This document shows, piece after piece, positions 14,768 to 24,687 of a stretch of DNA of 31,693 bases. The stretch lies in contig JBBDYA010000093.1 in NCBI GenBank assembly GCA_040902005.1, forward strand, positions 5,897-37,589, read 5' to 3'. The notes below the pieces were generated by a model. That model had not been told where the DNA came from and ran no database searches. It was given only the letters and a program-made list of their open reading frames with translations. How positions within the stretch are numbered: the first letter of the stretch is position 1; every line of letters starts with the position of its first letter. Source of the DNA: Gemmatimonadaceae bacterium (GTDB taxonomy: Bacteria; Gemmatimonadota; Gemmatimonadetes; Gemmatimonadales; Gemmatimonadaceae). The position numbers and the translations under genes were made by a program.

Positions 14768-17236
14768 TTACCGCTTTGGAGGCCTTCGCCGTCCCTGCTG
14801 CATCGCGCTGGTGTCTCTCCGCGGGAAGGCGGTGTCCACGCGCACGCGCGGCATGTTGAGCAGGCTGTCGGTGCGCGCGCGGAGGCTGTCGGCGCGCGGT
14901 ACGGCGGGCGCCGGCAGGGCGCGCTGCGCACGGTAGCCGTCGAATCCCGCAGTATCGCGCGGCTGTGAAATCCTCGGCGCCGGCGCGGCGCCGGGCACGA
15001 CGCGGCTGCCGGAACCGAACGTCTCGCGACCAAACGTATCGCGCGGCGACACGCTGCCCGGCACCGGGGGGAACGTCGCTCCGAGCGGGGGCTGACTGCC
15101 GTACGGGAACGCATCGTATCCCGAGTCCGGCACGAATCCGGGCATGAGGTTGCACGGGACGACCGGCTCGGTGCCCGCGATGAAGAACTCCGTCGCGGGG
15201 ATGCCGGGGCATCCGTCAGCCCACTCGTGGTTGGTGAGGAGGTCCACGGTGGCCGTCACGATGCCGGCGGGGCGCGGCCAGTCCGGCGGGGCCGGCTTGC
15301 GTCGATAGACTTCGTTCATGAACGCCGTCCAGGCCGGAGCGGCAAGCAACCCGCCCTGCGCGTTGGCCTTGATGCGGTCCGGCTTGTCGAGTCCCATCCA
15401 GATCCCGGCGACCAGGTCCGTCGTGAACCCGACGTACCACACGTCCCAGCCATCGTTGGTGGTACCGGTCTTTCCCCCCGCGGGGTGCGGGAACTGCGAC
15501 CCCACCGAGCCGGCCGCCGTGCCGCGACGGACGACGTCCTTCAGCATGTCCACCATGAGCCAGGCCTCTTCCGCGGAGAGCGCCGGAATGCGCACGGGAT
15601 CGGGTGCCCAGAGCACGTCGCCCTGCGCATTCTCGACGCGGACGATGCCCATCGCGCGGGCCTGCTGGCCGAGCGTGGCAAACGCGGAATACGCCGCGAC
15701 CATCTCGATGGGAAAGATGGACGCCGCCCCGAGGTGCATGGACGGGTACAGCGGCATGGCGGCGCTGATGCCGAGCTTCCGCGCCATGTCCGCCACCGTC
15801 TGTTCACCCAGCTCCATGCCGAGTCGCACGGTGGGAATGTTGCGCGACTGATACAGGGCGCGCCGCAGCGGAATCTGGCCCTCGAACTGGTTGTCGAAGT
15901 TCTGCGGACTCCAGGTATCGCCGACCGCCATCATGAGCGTGAGCGGCGAATCGTCCAGCAGATAGGTGGGCGGCCGGCCGTTCTGGATGGCGGCGGCGTA
16001 GACGATCGGCTTGAAGGTGGAGCCGGGCTGGCGAGCCGCCTGCACCGCGCGGTTGTACTTGTTGTCATCGAAATCGCGGCCGCCGATGAGCGCGCGCACG
16101 GCACCGGTGCGCGGGTCCATCGCGACGAACGCCGCCTGGAGGTACGGAGAATTCTCTCCCTTGATCCCCGGGGGCTGCGCCAGGTAGGCCTCGTACGTGA
16201 GGTGGCGGTACGGACCGTAACGTTCCGCCTCGATCGCGCGAAGCTGGGCCTCCAGCGTGCGCTCGGCGGCGGATTGCAGGTCGATGTCCAGCGTGGTGTA
16301 GACCTGAAGACCCTGCTCGTACAGCTGCTGCCCGAACTGCTGGTCCAGCAGCTGTCGGATCCACTCCACGAAATACGGAGCGACGTCCCCCGATGTCGTG
16401 CGCGTTCCGAGCCGCAGCGGGTACGCCTTCCCGAGGCTGGCGCTCGCGTCGTTGATCCGGCCCTCGCGACGCATCAGCTCGAGAACCACGTTGCGCCGCT
16501 GCACCGCGCGATCCGGGAAGCGGCGCGGGTTGTAGCGCTCCGGCCCCTTGGGCAGCGCCGCGAGCATGGCGGCTTCGGCGAGATTCAGCTCCTTGGCGGT
16601 CTTTCCGAAATAGCGTTGCGAGGCAGTCTCCACCCCGTACGCGCTGTTCCCGAGGTAGATCTGATTCAGATAGAGCTCGAGAATCCGATCCTTGGGGTAT
16701 TTGACCTCGATGGCCCGCGCGACCTTGATCTCCTTCAGCTTGCGCGTGAGCGCGGCGAGTCCCGAGGTCTCCCGGCGGTTGATGCGTTCCGGGAAGATGT
16801 TGCCCGCCAGCTGCATGGTGATCGTCGAAAACCCCTGGCTGAAGCTGCGGGTCTTGACCACGTTCCACGCGGCGCCCGGCACGCGCCAGAAATCAATGCC
16901 GCCGTGGTCGTAGAAGCGCTTGTCCTCGATGACGAGGAAGGCGTCGCGCAGGACCGGTGGCATGTCGGTGATGGCGAGCAGGGTGCGGCGCTCCAGCCCC
17001 AGCTCCGAGATGAACCTGCCGTCGGCGGCGAAGAGCTTGGAGGTCTGCCGCGGCTGGTAGGCATCGAGCTCATCCACGGACGGACAGGCGCCCGGCCGAC
17101 AGACCAGCGCCCAGCCCGCGTACGCGAATCCCGCGATCAGGGAAGCGCTGAACGTTCCGGTGAGCAGTGTCCAACGGACGAGGCGCGGATGGCGCGCCCG
17201 GAATCCCGCGAATCGTTTGCGCAGCTGCAGCGCCAT
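14768..17236 (-). CDS. Penicillin-binding protein 1A family (class A bifunctional transglycosylase/transpeptidase)
   Basis: Start revised to ATG at 17236. N-terminal TM helix, transglycosylase motifs EDKRFYDHGG and STITMQL, transpeptidase motifs STFK, SRN and KTGT, and a Pro/Arg-rich tail. Confidence 0.93.
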   Translation of the reverse strand: MALQLRKRFAGFRARHPRLVRWTLLTGTFSASLIAGFAYAGWALVCRPGACPSVDELDAYQPRQTSKLFAADGRFISELGLERRTLLAITDMPPVLRDAFLVIEDKRFYDHGGIDFWRVPGAAWNVVKTRSFSQGFSTITMQLAGNIFPERINRRETSGLAALTRKLKEIKVARAIEVKYPKDRILELYLNQIYLGNSAYGVETASQRYFGKTAKELNLAEAAMLAALPKGPERYNPRRFPDRAVQRRNVVLELMRREGRINDASASLGKAYPLRLGTRTTSGDVAPYFVEWIRQLLDQQFGQQLYEQGLQVYTTLDIDLQSAAERTLEAQLRAIEAERYGPYRHLTYEAYLAQPPGIKGENSPYLQAAFVAMDPRTGAVRALIGGRDFDDNKYNRAVQAARQPGSTFKPIVYAAAIQNGRPPTYLLDDSPLTLMMAVGDTWSPQNFDNQFEGQIPLRRALYQSRNIPTVRLGMELGEQTVADMARKLGISAAMPLYPSMHLGAASIFPIEMVAAYSAFATLGQQARAMGIVRVENAQGDVLWAPDPVRIPALSAEEAWLMVDMLKDVVRRGTAAGSVGSQFPHPAGGKTGTTNDGWDVWYVGFTTDLVAGIWMGLDKPDRIKANAQGGLLAAPAWTAFMNEVYRRKPAPPDWPRPAGIVTATVDLLTNHEWADGCPGIPATEFFIAGTEPVVPCNLMPGFVPDSGYDAFPYGSQPPLGATFPPVPGSVSPRDTFGRETFGSGSRVVPGAAPAPRISQPRDTAGFDGYRAQRALPAPAVPRADSLRARTDSLLNMPRVRVDTAFPRRDTSAMQQGRRRPPKR

Positions 17237-17251
17237 AATCTCCGAAGCTAA

Positions 17252-17280
17252 CTGACTTTGATACTCGCCGCGCCTATTAT
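17252..17280 (+). promoter_or_regulatory. Candidate sigma70 promoter giving leaderless tyrS
   Basis: CTGACT-N17-TATTAT-N7-ATG within the 51-bp divergent spacer. Confidence 0.55.
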
Positions 17281-17287
17281 AGGTCCC

Positions 17288-18568
17288 ATGTCGCCGCACC
17301 CGTTGCTCGACGAACTGCACTGGCGTGGAATGCTCCAGCAGCAGACGGAGGGACTCTCCGACGCGCTGTCGCGCGGCATGATCTCAGGCTACGCCGGCTT
17401 CGATCCGTCGGCGTCGAGCCTGCATGTGGGAAATCTCGTGCCGGTGATGGGGCTGGTACACCTCCAGCGACACGGACACCGCCCCGTGTTTCTCGCGGGC
17501 GGCGGCACGGGGCTGATCGGCGACCCGAGCGGCAAGTCGGCGGAGCGCCCACTCCTGTCCGTGGACGACATCGCCGCGAATACGGTCTCGATTCGTGGCC
17601 AGCTCGAGCGATTCGTGGACACGAGCGGAAAGACCGGCGCCGTGGTTCGCAACAACGCGGACTGGCTCGCGCCCCTCCAGGCGCTCGACTTCATGCGCGA
17701 CGTGGGCAAGCATTTCACGGTGAGCTACATGCTCCAGAAGGAATCCGTGAAGGCGCGCCTGGAGACCGGGATGTCGTACACGGAGTTCTCCTACATGCTG
17801 CTCCAGGCCTACGACTACCTCCAGTTGCACGAGCGCGACGGCGTCACGCTCCAGGTCGGCGGGTCGGACCAGTGGGGGAACATCACGGCTGGGATCGAGC
17901 TGATCCGGCGCGTGCGGGGCGCGGAGGCGCATGCCCTCACCTTTCCCCTGCTGACGACCGCGGCCGGCGCGAAGTTCGGAAAATCGGAAGCGGGCGCGGT
18001 GTGGCTCGACCCCGACCGAACGTCGCCCTACCGGTTCTACCAGTTCTGGATCAACACCGACGACCGGGACGCGGGACAGATGCTTCGCTACTTCACGTTT
18101 CTCGATCGCGAGCAGATCGAGGCGCTTGACCGCGACGCCACGGAGCGACCCGAGGCGCGCGCGGCGCAGCGCGCGCTGGCACTGGACGTGACGGAACGCG
18201 TGCACGGCACCGAGGCCGCCAGGGCGGCGGAAGAGGTCTCCGCGCTGCTGTTCGGCAAGGCCGACCCCAAGGCGCTGTCCGTGGAGGCGCTGCGACTGCT
18301 GGAGCGGGAGATCCCGACCTTCGTGATGGCGGCGGAGGAACCGTGGGACGCCTTCGACGTCATCGAGGCGATCATCCAGGGAAAGGACGCGCTGTTCAGG
18401 AGCAAGGGCGAAGCCCGTCGCGCGCTGGACCAGGGCGGCCTGTACGTGAATGGAGACCGGCTCGGCGCGGAACCGCGCGACATCGGCCGCAGCGAGCTGC
18501 TGCACGGCCGATACCTGCTCGTGCGAAAAGGGGCGCGCACGTACGGGCTGGTGCGCGCGGAGATCTGA
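17288..18568 (+). CDS. tyrS: Tyrosine--tRNA ligase
   Basis: GFDPSASSLHVGN (HIGH), GGSDQWGNI, KFGKS (KMSKS) and a C-terminal S4 domain. ATG at 17288. Confidence 0.96.
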   Translation: MSPHPLLDELHWRGMLQQQTEGLSDALSRGMISGYAGFDPSASSLHVGNLVPVMGLVHLQRHGHRPVFLAGGGTGLIGDPSGKSAERPLLSVDDIAANTVSIRGQLERFVDTSGKTGAVVRNNADWLAPLQALDFMRDVGKHFTVSYMLQKESVKARLETGMSYTEFSYMLLQAYDYLQLHERDGVTLQVGGSDQWGNITAGIELIRRVRGAEAHALTFPLLTTAAGAKFGKSEAGAVWLDPDRTSPYRFYQFWINTDDRDAGQMLRYFTFLDREQIEALDRDATERPEARAAQRALALDVTERVHGTEAARAAEEVSALLFGKADPKALSVEALRLLEREIPTFVMAAEEPWDAFDVIEAIIQGKDALFRSKGEARRALDQGGLYVNGDRLGAEPRDIGRSELLHGRYLLVRKGARTYGLVRAEI

Positions 18569-18611
18569 GGAACTGCAGGAACTGGGAACTGGGAACTAGG
18601 AACTAGGAACT
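18569..18611. repeat. Heptamer tandem repeat, GGAACT(A/G), about 6 units
   Basis: ggaactgca ggaactg ggaactg ggaacta ggaacta ggaact, directly after the tyrS stop. Confidence 0.9.
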
Positions 18612-18621
18612 CACGCCGCGC

Positions 18622-19770
18622 TCAGGGCGACATCGCGGCGAGGACCGCGCGGACGTCGTCCATGGTGTTGTAGAGGTGGGGCGACAGCCGGATCGCGCCC
18701 TCGCGGAACGAATGCACGATCTGCCGGTCTCTGAGTCGGGCGCTCACGCCCTCCGCGTTGGCCGGCTTCACGCAGATCACACCGCCGCGCCGGCGTGGCG
18801 CGGCGGGCGTCACGAGCCGCACGTCGCTCGCGGAGGCCGTCCATTCCACGATCGCCGACGCGAGCCGCTCGACATGGTCGTGGACGGTGGCCACTCCAAG
18901 CTCGAAGAACAGTTCCAGACTGGCGTTCATTCCCGCGAAATCCTGGAACGGCAGCGTGATGAACTCGAATCGCCGCGCGTCATCCCGCCAGGTCATGTCG
19001 TAGTCGCGCAGGGTCCGAAAGTCGTCGGTGCCCTTCGGCGCCATCCAGCTGACGACGGGCGGCTCGAGGGTGCGCGCCAGTTCCTCGCGCACATACACGA
19101 ATCCCGTGCCCCAGGGGGAGAGCATCCATTTCTGCGCGCCGCAGGCAAGGATGTCCACGTGCGCGAGCTTCACGTCGAGCGGACAGGCGCCTACGCCCTG
19201 GATGGCATCTACCACGAAGTAGATCCCGCGCTCGCGGCAGGCGCGACCGATGCGGCCAAGGTCCACCCGGCAGCCGCTGGCAAAATCGATCCACGAAACG
19301 GACACGCACCTCACGCCGCCCGCGTCCAGCGCGGCAAGGAGCGTGTCCTCGTCGAGCACGCCACCCACCAGGGGCACGCGCCGGTACTCGGCGCCACGCG
19401 CAATGGCCGCCGCCATCCACGGATACACGTTGGCGGGAAACTCGAGGTCGGGCGTGACGATCACGTCGCCCGGGCCAAGTGGCAGCGCGCGCGCGGCGAG
19501 ATTGATTCCGTAGCTCGTGTTGGTGGCGAGCGCGATTTCCGCGGGCGACGCACCGATCATGCGCGCGACGAGCGCGCGCGATCGCGCGAGCGTTTCGAAC
19601 AATCGGTCGTCGCCGAGGCGATGGGGCGTGGCGCGCAGTCGCGCCCACTCACTGACCACGTCCACGCATCGCTGGGGCAGCGGGCCGGTGGACGCCGCGT
19701 TCATGAAAATCACGTCACCGCGGGACACCCACGGGAACTCGCGGGACAACAGCTCGGCATGCTGCCGCAT
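18622..19770 (-). CDS. Class V PLP-dependent aminotransferase / C-S lyase-like enzyme
   Basis: ATG at 19770 with a GAGGAG RBS. Motifs MNAASTGP, NTSYG, EFPAN, VDAIQ, GAQKW and IRLSPHLYN. Confidence 0.88.
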   Translation of the reverse strand: MRQHAELLSREFPWVSRGDVIFMNAASTGPLPQRCVDVVSEWARLRATPHRLGDDRLFETLARSRALVARMIGASPAEIALATNTSYGINLAARALPLGPGDVIVTPDLEFPANVYPWMAAAIARGAEYRRVPLVGGVLDEDTLLAALDAGGVRCVSVSWIDFASGCRVDLGRIGRACRERGIYFVVDAIQGVGACPLDVKLAHVDILACGAQKWMLSPWGTGFVYVREELARTLEPPVVSWMAPKGTDDFRTLRDYDMTWRDDARRFEFITLPFQDFAGMNASLELFFELGVATVHDHVERLASAIVEWTASASDVRLVTPAAPRRRGGVICVKPANAEGVSARLRDRQIVHSFREGAIRLSPHLYNTMDDVRAVLAAMSP

Positions 19771-19808
19771 CGGCTCCTCGGCAGCGTCGTGACTGCCGGG
19801 GCGCCGCG

Positions 19809-20684
19809 TCACGGGCGCTCGCGCTCGACCGCGGTTTCGATGGCCACCTTGCGCATGGCCCGTGGATCGAGCGCGTCCCGCAGGGAGTCGCCCAGCAGAT
19901 TGAAGCCCAGCACGGTCACGCCGATCGCCAGTCCGGGAAAGAGCGAGGTCCACGGCGCGCCCCGGAGCTGACTCAGATCGCGCCCGTCGGCGATCATAGC
20001 ACCCCAGCTGGGCGTGGGCGGCTGGACGCCGAGCCCGAGAAAGGAGAGCGCCGCCTCGGCCATGATGGCGGCCGCGACCCCCAGCGTGGCGGCGATCAGC
20101 ACTGGCGCGATGACGGCCGGAAGCACGTGCCGCGCGATGATGCGGTGGCTTCGGGCGCCCAGCGCGCGCATCGCCTGCACGTACTCCAGTTCACGCACCA
20201 CGAGCACCTGTCCGCGGACGAGACGGGCCATGCCGGCCCATCCCACCAGGCCGATGGTCAGGAACACGACGGTGAGCGACGGCTCCAGCGCGGCCACGAG
20301 CGCGATGAGGAGGAGAAGCGTTGGAAAGGCCAGCGTGACGTCCGCCAGGCGCATCACGAGCTCGTCCACCCAGCGGCCGTAGTATCCCGCGATGAGCCCG
20401 AGCAGGAGGCCAAGCGAGAGAGAGATGCCCTGGGACACCAGGCCAACGCTGAGCGAGATGCGCGCGCCGAAAACGAGACGGGAAAAGACGTCGCGCCCCT
20501 GCACGTCCGTGCCCATCCAGTGCGCGGCAGTCGGACCCCGGAGCTGGTTGGTGAGGTCGATGGCTGTGGGGTCGTGCAGCGCGATCAGCGGCGCCGCGAC
20601 CGCGGCGATCACCATGAGCGCGATGACGGCGACGCCAAACCACGCCCGGCCATCGCGGCGCAGATGCATCGTCACGCGGCTCAC
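19809..20684 (-). CDS. Peptide/nickel ABC transporter permease (OppC/DppC family)
   Basis: HWMGTDVQGRDVFSR, EAA-like loop EYVQAMRALGA, and EAALSFLGLGVQPPTPSWG. GTG at 20684 overlaps the upstream TGA; an alternative ATG is at 20669. Confidence 0.9.
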   Translation of the reverse strand: MSRVTMHLRRDGRAWFGVAVIALMVIAAVAAPLIALHDPTAIDLTNQLRGPTAAHWMGTDVQGRDVFSRLVFGARISLSVGLVSQGISLSLGLLLGLIAGYYGRWVDELVMRLADVTLAFPTLLLLIALVAALEPSLTVVFLTIGLVGWAGMARLVRGQVLVVRELEYVQAMRALGARSHRIIARHVLPAVIAPVLIAATLGVAAAIMAEAALSFLGLGVQPPTPSWGAMIADGRDLSQLRGAPWTSLFPGLAIGVTVLGFNLLGDSLRDALDPRAMRKVAIETAVERERP

Positions 20685-21682
20685 AGCGGGTTCCCCAGCT
20701 CCGGAGGCGTGTCCGGACGCTGATGTTTCCAGCGGCGATGGTGCCAGAAGTACTGCTCCGGCGCCACGCGCACCCAGCGCTCGAGCACCGCGGTGTAGTC
20801 CGCGGCGATGCGATCCACGTCGGCATTCTTGTCGCCGGTCGCGCGCACGGGCACGTCCTCGAACGAGATCGTATACCGGCCGTCCGGCTTGCGCAGCGGT
20901 GTCATGAAGATGATCGGCGATTGCAGCCGGAGCGCGAACGTGGCCGGCCCGCGGGGCGTCTTCGCGAACCGGCCGAAGAACGGCACCCAGGTTGACGCCA
21001 TGCCGGCGGCGCCCTGATCCATCATTAGCGCGACCATGGCGTTGTCGCGCAGCACACGTGGAATCCGCCGCACGGCGTCCGCATCGTAGATGACACCGAG
21101 TCCAAGCCGCTGCCGCGTGCGAGTGAGATAGGCGTCGAACAACGGGTTCTCCTGCATCCGCACAACCGCTTCCAGATGGACCCCGCGCGCCGCCAGGTAG
21201 GCGCCGCCCAGCTCCCAGTTGCCATGGTGCCCTGCCGCCAGGATGACACCGCGCCCCTGCGCCAGGGCATTCTCGACGACGTGCCACGTCTCGCACGGAT
21301 CGAACAGGCCGAGCACCAGCCGCGGGCCGTAGCGCGAAAGGATCGCGACCTCAACGGACGTTCGCCCGAGACTCTCGTAGGCGGCGCGCGCCGTGGCGAC
21401 CACCCGTGCCCGGTCCCAGTCGGGAAATGCCGCCGCGATCTGGGTTTCCACGACTCCGCGGCGGATGCCCAATGGGGTATGGCCCAGTCGGCCCAGGCGC
21501 GCGCCAAGCGCACTGGCGCGGCGGAACCCGAGCCCACCCAGCGCCGCGATGACGCCGCGAAGTGCCGCGTATTGCACGCGGTGGCGTAGCACGATCTCGC
21601 GCGGCGGTACCGCCGGCCGCGATACCTCGTGCGGCCGATCGAGCGCCGCCGCCGGTGCGTGCGTCCGGGGTGGGGCGATCAT
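20681..21682 (-). CDS. Lipid A acyltransferase (LpxL/HtrB family)
   Basis: Catalytic HxxxxE (GHHGNWE), MDQG, VPFFG and PEQYFWHHRRWK. Confidence 0.88.
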   Translation of the reverse strand: MIAPPRTHAPAAALDRPHEVSRPAVPPREIVLRHRVQYAALRGVIAALGGLGFRRASALGARLGRLGHTPLGIRRGVVETQIAAAFPDWDRARVVATARAAYESLGRTSVEVAILSRYGPRLVLGLFDPCETWHVVENALAQGRGVILAAGHHGNWELGGAYLAARGVHLEAVVRMQENPLFDAYLTRTRQRLGLGVIYDADAVRRIPRVLRDNAMVALMMDQGAAGMASTWVPFFGRFAKTPRGPATFALRLQSPIIFMTPLRKPDGRYTISFEDVPVRATGDKNADVDRIAADYTAVLERWVRVAPEQYFWHHRRWKHQRPDTPPELGNPL

Positions 21683-22776
21683 CCGACCGGCTGCGGGTGG
21701 CGCTCCATGGCGGCCGAGGCGGCGCGCTCGAATCCCGCGATCATGGCATCGAACGCAAACTCGCGCTGGACGCGGGCGCGCGCCGCCGTGCCCATCGCGG
21801 CGCGGCGTTCTTCGTCCGCAACGAATGCCGCCACCGTGCCCGCCGTGGTCGGCGGATCCGCCGGCGAGAGCAGCACGCCCGCGATACCATCGGCGAGGTA
21901 ATGCGCCGTCAGCGGGCTGCGGTCGGCAACGACGGCCTTGCCCAGGGCCATGAAGTCGAGCGCCGCGAGTGCGGCGCCGTCGCCTTCGGCCGCGATCCAG
22001 CCGATGTCGGCGGCCCGAAGGACCGACAGCTCGTCCTGCCGCGCGCCGAGGAACGTCAGCATCGAGCTGATGCCAAGCGCGGCGCCGTGCATGCGAAGCT
22101 CGTCCTGCCGGTCCGAGCCAACGATGGCGAGATGCAGGTCAGCGTGCCGCGGCGCGAGCAGGGAGAGCGACCGAAGCGCCGTGAGCACGAATCGCGTGTC
22201 GCCGCCATCCTGAACGCAGACGATGAGCCTGGAGTCCGCGGGCACGCCGAGCGACTCCTTCGAGAGCGCCGGAACGCTGTCGTGGCGCTCGAGATCCACA
22301 CCCAGCGTGGCCAGCGCGGACGGCACGCGGTACGCCCTGGCGGTCGCGGCCTGCCGGTCGGCCTCGGTGGTGAAGAGCAACCCGGATGGCGCGAGGCGGG
22401 GGGCCAGGCGGCTCCCGGCGCCCGCGCCGGCGATCGCGAAGGGCGGGATCCGCCGGATGACCGCCCCCACGCCACCGCCCAGCCGCAACGCCGAACCGGC
22501 CATGAGATGTTCGGCGTCCGTATGCACGAAGACGACGTCCGCTCCGCGTTCCTTGAGCGCGCCGCGCAGATTCCACGCGGACCCCGCCGTGGACATGTCG
22601 CGCGACAGCGCGATGACGGGCACCTCCGCCTCCGCCGCGCGCATCTGCACCGGGCAGGCGGCGTCGCACGCGATCTGCACCTCGTGTCCGCGGGCGGCGA
22701 GGCCCCGCGCCGCGAGCACGAACGCGCGCGCACGGGCGCTCCAGTCGGTGTCGGACACGAGGAAGAGTGCGCGCAT
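21679..22776 (-). CDS. Glycosyltransferase family 4-like (GT-B), atypical motif
   Basis: GT-B layout: LAARGHEV, DVVFVHT, FLGARQD, MALGKAVVA and RRAAMGTAARARV. Confidence 0.75.
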   Translation of the reverse strand: MRALFLVSDTDWSARARAFVLAARGLAARGHEVQIACDAACPVQMRAAEAEVPVIALSRDMSTAGSAWNLRGALKERGADVVFVHTDAEHLMAGSALRLGGGVGAVIRRIPPFAIAGAGAGSRLAPRLAPSGLLFTTEADRQAATARAYRVPSALATLGVDLERHDSVPALSKESLGVPADSRLIVCVQDGGDTRFVLTALRSLSLLAPRHADLHLAIVGSDRQDELRMHGAALGISSMLTFLGARQDELSVLRAADIGWIAAEGDGAALAALDFMALGKAVVADRSPLTAHYLADGIAGVLLSPADPPTTAGTVAAFVADEERRAAMGTAARARVQREFAFDAMIAGFERAASAAMERHPQPVG

Positions 22777-22779
22777 GCG

Positions 22780-24609
22780 TCAGACGGTGGTGCGGGATCG
22801 ATCGATGGGCGCCTGGAACTGCAGTGAGTGCAGGCGGTGATACGTGCCGCGACGCGCGAGCAGTTCATCATGCGTGCCCCGTTCGACCACCCGTCCCCGC
22901 TCCAGCACGAGGATGAGGCTGGCATGCGCGACTGTCGAGAGCCGATGCGCGATGACGAACACGGTGCGTCCCTCCAGCAGCCGCTCGATCGCCTCCTGCA
23001 CCAGGCGCTCGGACTCGGTGTCGAGCGCCGAGGTGGCTTCGTCGAGAATCAGGATGGGCGGATCGGTCAGCAGCGCGCGGGCGATCGCAAGCCGCTGGCG
23101 CTGGCCGCCGGACAGCCGCGTGCCGCGCTCGCCCAGCACGGTGTCGTATCCCTCCGGCAGCTCCATGATGAACTCATGGGCATTGGCATCGCGCGCCGCC
23201 TGTATCACGGCGTCTCGCGAGCGCCCTCCGGCCGCGCCATAGGCAATGTTGCGCAGTACCGTGTCGTTGAAGAGCACCGTGTCCTGACTCACGATGCCGG
23301 TGAGCGCCCGCAGCGACTCCAGGCGGATCTCCCGGGTGTCCGTGCCGTCGAGGAGGATGCGCCCGGCCTGGGGCTCGTAGAACCGCGGGATGAGGTCCAC
23401 CAGCGTTGTCTTGCCGGCACCGCTGGGCCCCACGAGCGCCACGATGTCGCCGCGTTTCGCGCTGAACGAGATGTCCGTGAGGACGGGCTCGGTTTCGTAC
23501 GCGAAACCGACGCCCTCGAACTCAATGCCGCGCTCGAAGGTCGAGACTGTCCGCGTCCCCTTGTCCACCTGCGGCTCCGTCGGCTGATCGAGCACGGCAA
23601 ACAGGCGTTCCGCCGCCGCCAGCGATTGCTGCGCGGTCGTCGGCACCTGTGAGAGCTGTTTGAGCGGGGGTAGCAGGCGCATCACGATGATCATGAAGGT
23701 GATCAGCTGCGCGCCGTCCATGGTCTCGAAAGTGAGAACCTGCCGCGCGCCGATCCAGAGAATCAGCACAGCAATGGTGGTGCCGATGAGCTCCGTGAGC
23801 GGTTGCGACAGAAACGCCACGCGCGTGATTCGGGTGGCACCGGCGGCGTACGAGTCGCTGGCACTCGTGAACCGCCTGTCCTCGTAGGGCTCGCCGCGGA
23901 AGGACTTCACCAGGCGGACGCCGCTGATCACTTCCTGGAGCACGCTCGTGATCTCGCCATACTCGCCACGCAGGCGGCGGTGGCCCTTGCGCAGCTTTCT
24001 CAGGATCGGCTGGAGCGCCAGCGTGAGCACCGGCGCGATGACCAGCGCGACGAAGGTGAGCCGCGGAGAGATCATCAACAGGACCACCACATTCACGACC
24101 AGCATCGTGACATTCTGAAGCGATCGCGTCACGACCTCGGTGATCACGAGGCGCGTCTGCTCCGTATCTGCGAGGACGGTGGACATGATCTGCCCCGTCT
24201 TGTTCCGCTGGAAGTAGCCGAGCGGGAGCCGCTGGAGATGGCGAAACACTGTGTCCCGCAGGTCGCGCGTGACAAACTCCTGGACGCCGGCGCCGAGCTG
24301 TCCCCCCAGCCAGGTGAACACGTTCTTCACGAACACGAGCACCAGCATCAGCGCCATCACCGCCTTCAATGATTCCATCGGCTGCGCGGGATCGAGCAAC
24401 GAGCCGATCGTGCCGCGGTGGAGGTCGGCAAGGAAGCCCAGCCCGTCCGGAATCAGCTGAGGCCGGTTGAAGAGGGCGTTCAGGAACGGAATGAGCAGCG
24501 TGAAGACGAACGCGTCCAGCACGGACGCGATGACGCTGCTCGAGATTGCCGCCGACATCCGCCACGCGTGCGGACGGAGAAAGCCGAGCAGGCGGCGGTA
24601 GATGCCCAT
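22780..24609 (-). CDS. MsbA-like ABC exporter (TMD plus NBD)
   Basis: Start revised to ATG at 24609. Walker A GPSGAGKT, signature LSGGQRQR, Walker [11 protein letters not shown] and IAHRLST. LPS-gene context. Confidence 0.9.
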   Translation of the reverse strand: MGIYRRLLGFLRPHAWRMSAAISSSVIASVLDAFVFTLLIPFLNALFNRPQLIPDGLGFLADLHRGTIGSLLDPAQPMESLKAVMALMLVLVFVKNVFTWLGGQLGAGVQEFVTRDLRDTVFRHLQRLPLGYFQRNKTGQIMSTVLADTEQTRLVITEVVTRSLQNVTMLVVNVVVLLMISPRLTFVALVIAPVLTLALQPILRKLRKGHRRLRGEYGEITSVLQEVISGVRLVKSFRGEPYEDRRFTSASDSYAAGATRITRVAFLSQPLTELIGTTIAVLILWIGARQVLTFETMDGAQLITFMIIVMRLLPPLKQLSQVPTTAQQSLAAAERLFAVLDQPTEPQVDKGTRTVSTFERGIEFEGVGFAYETEPVLTDISFSAKRGDIVALVGPSGAGKTTLVDLIPRFYEPQAGRILLDGTDTREIRLESLRALTGIVSQDTVLFNDTVLRNIAYGAAGGRSRDAVIQAARDANAHEFIMELPEGYDTVLGERGTRLSGGQRQRLAIARALLTDPPILILDEATSALDTESERLVQEAIERLLEGRTVFVIAHRLSTVAHASLILVLERGRVVERGTHDELLARRGTYHRLHSLQFQAPIDRSRTTV

Positions 24610-24687
24610 TGAGGCAAAAGATAACCCGCTTTTTCTCCGTGGCTTCCCGTGCTGGCGGCTGCGGCCCGGCGCGTCCAGATTGCGCGC

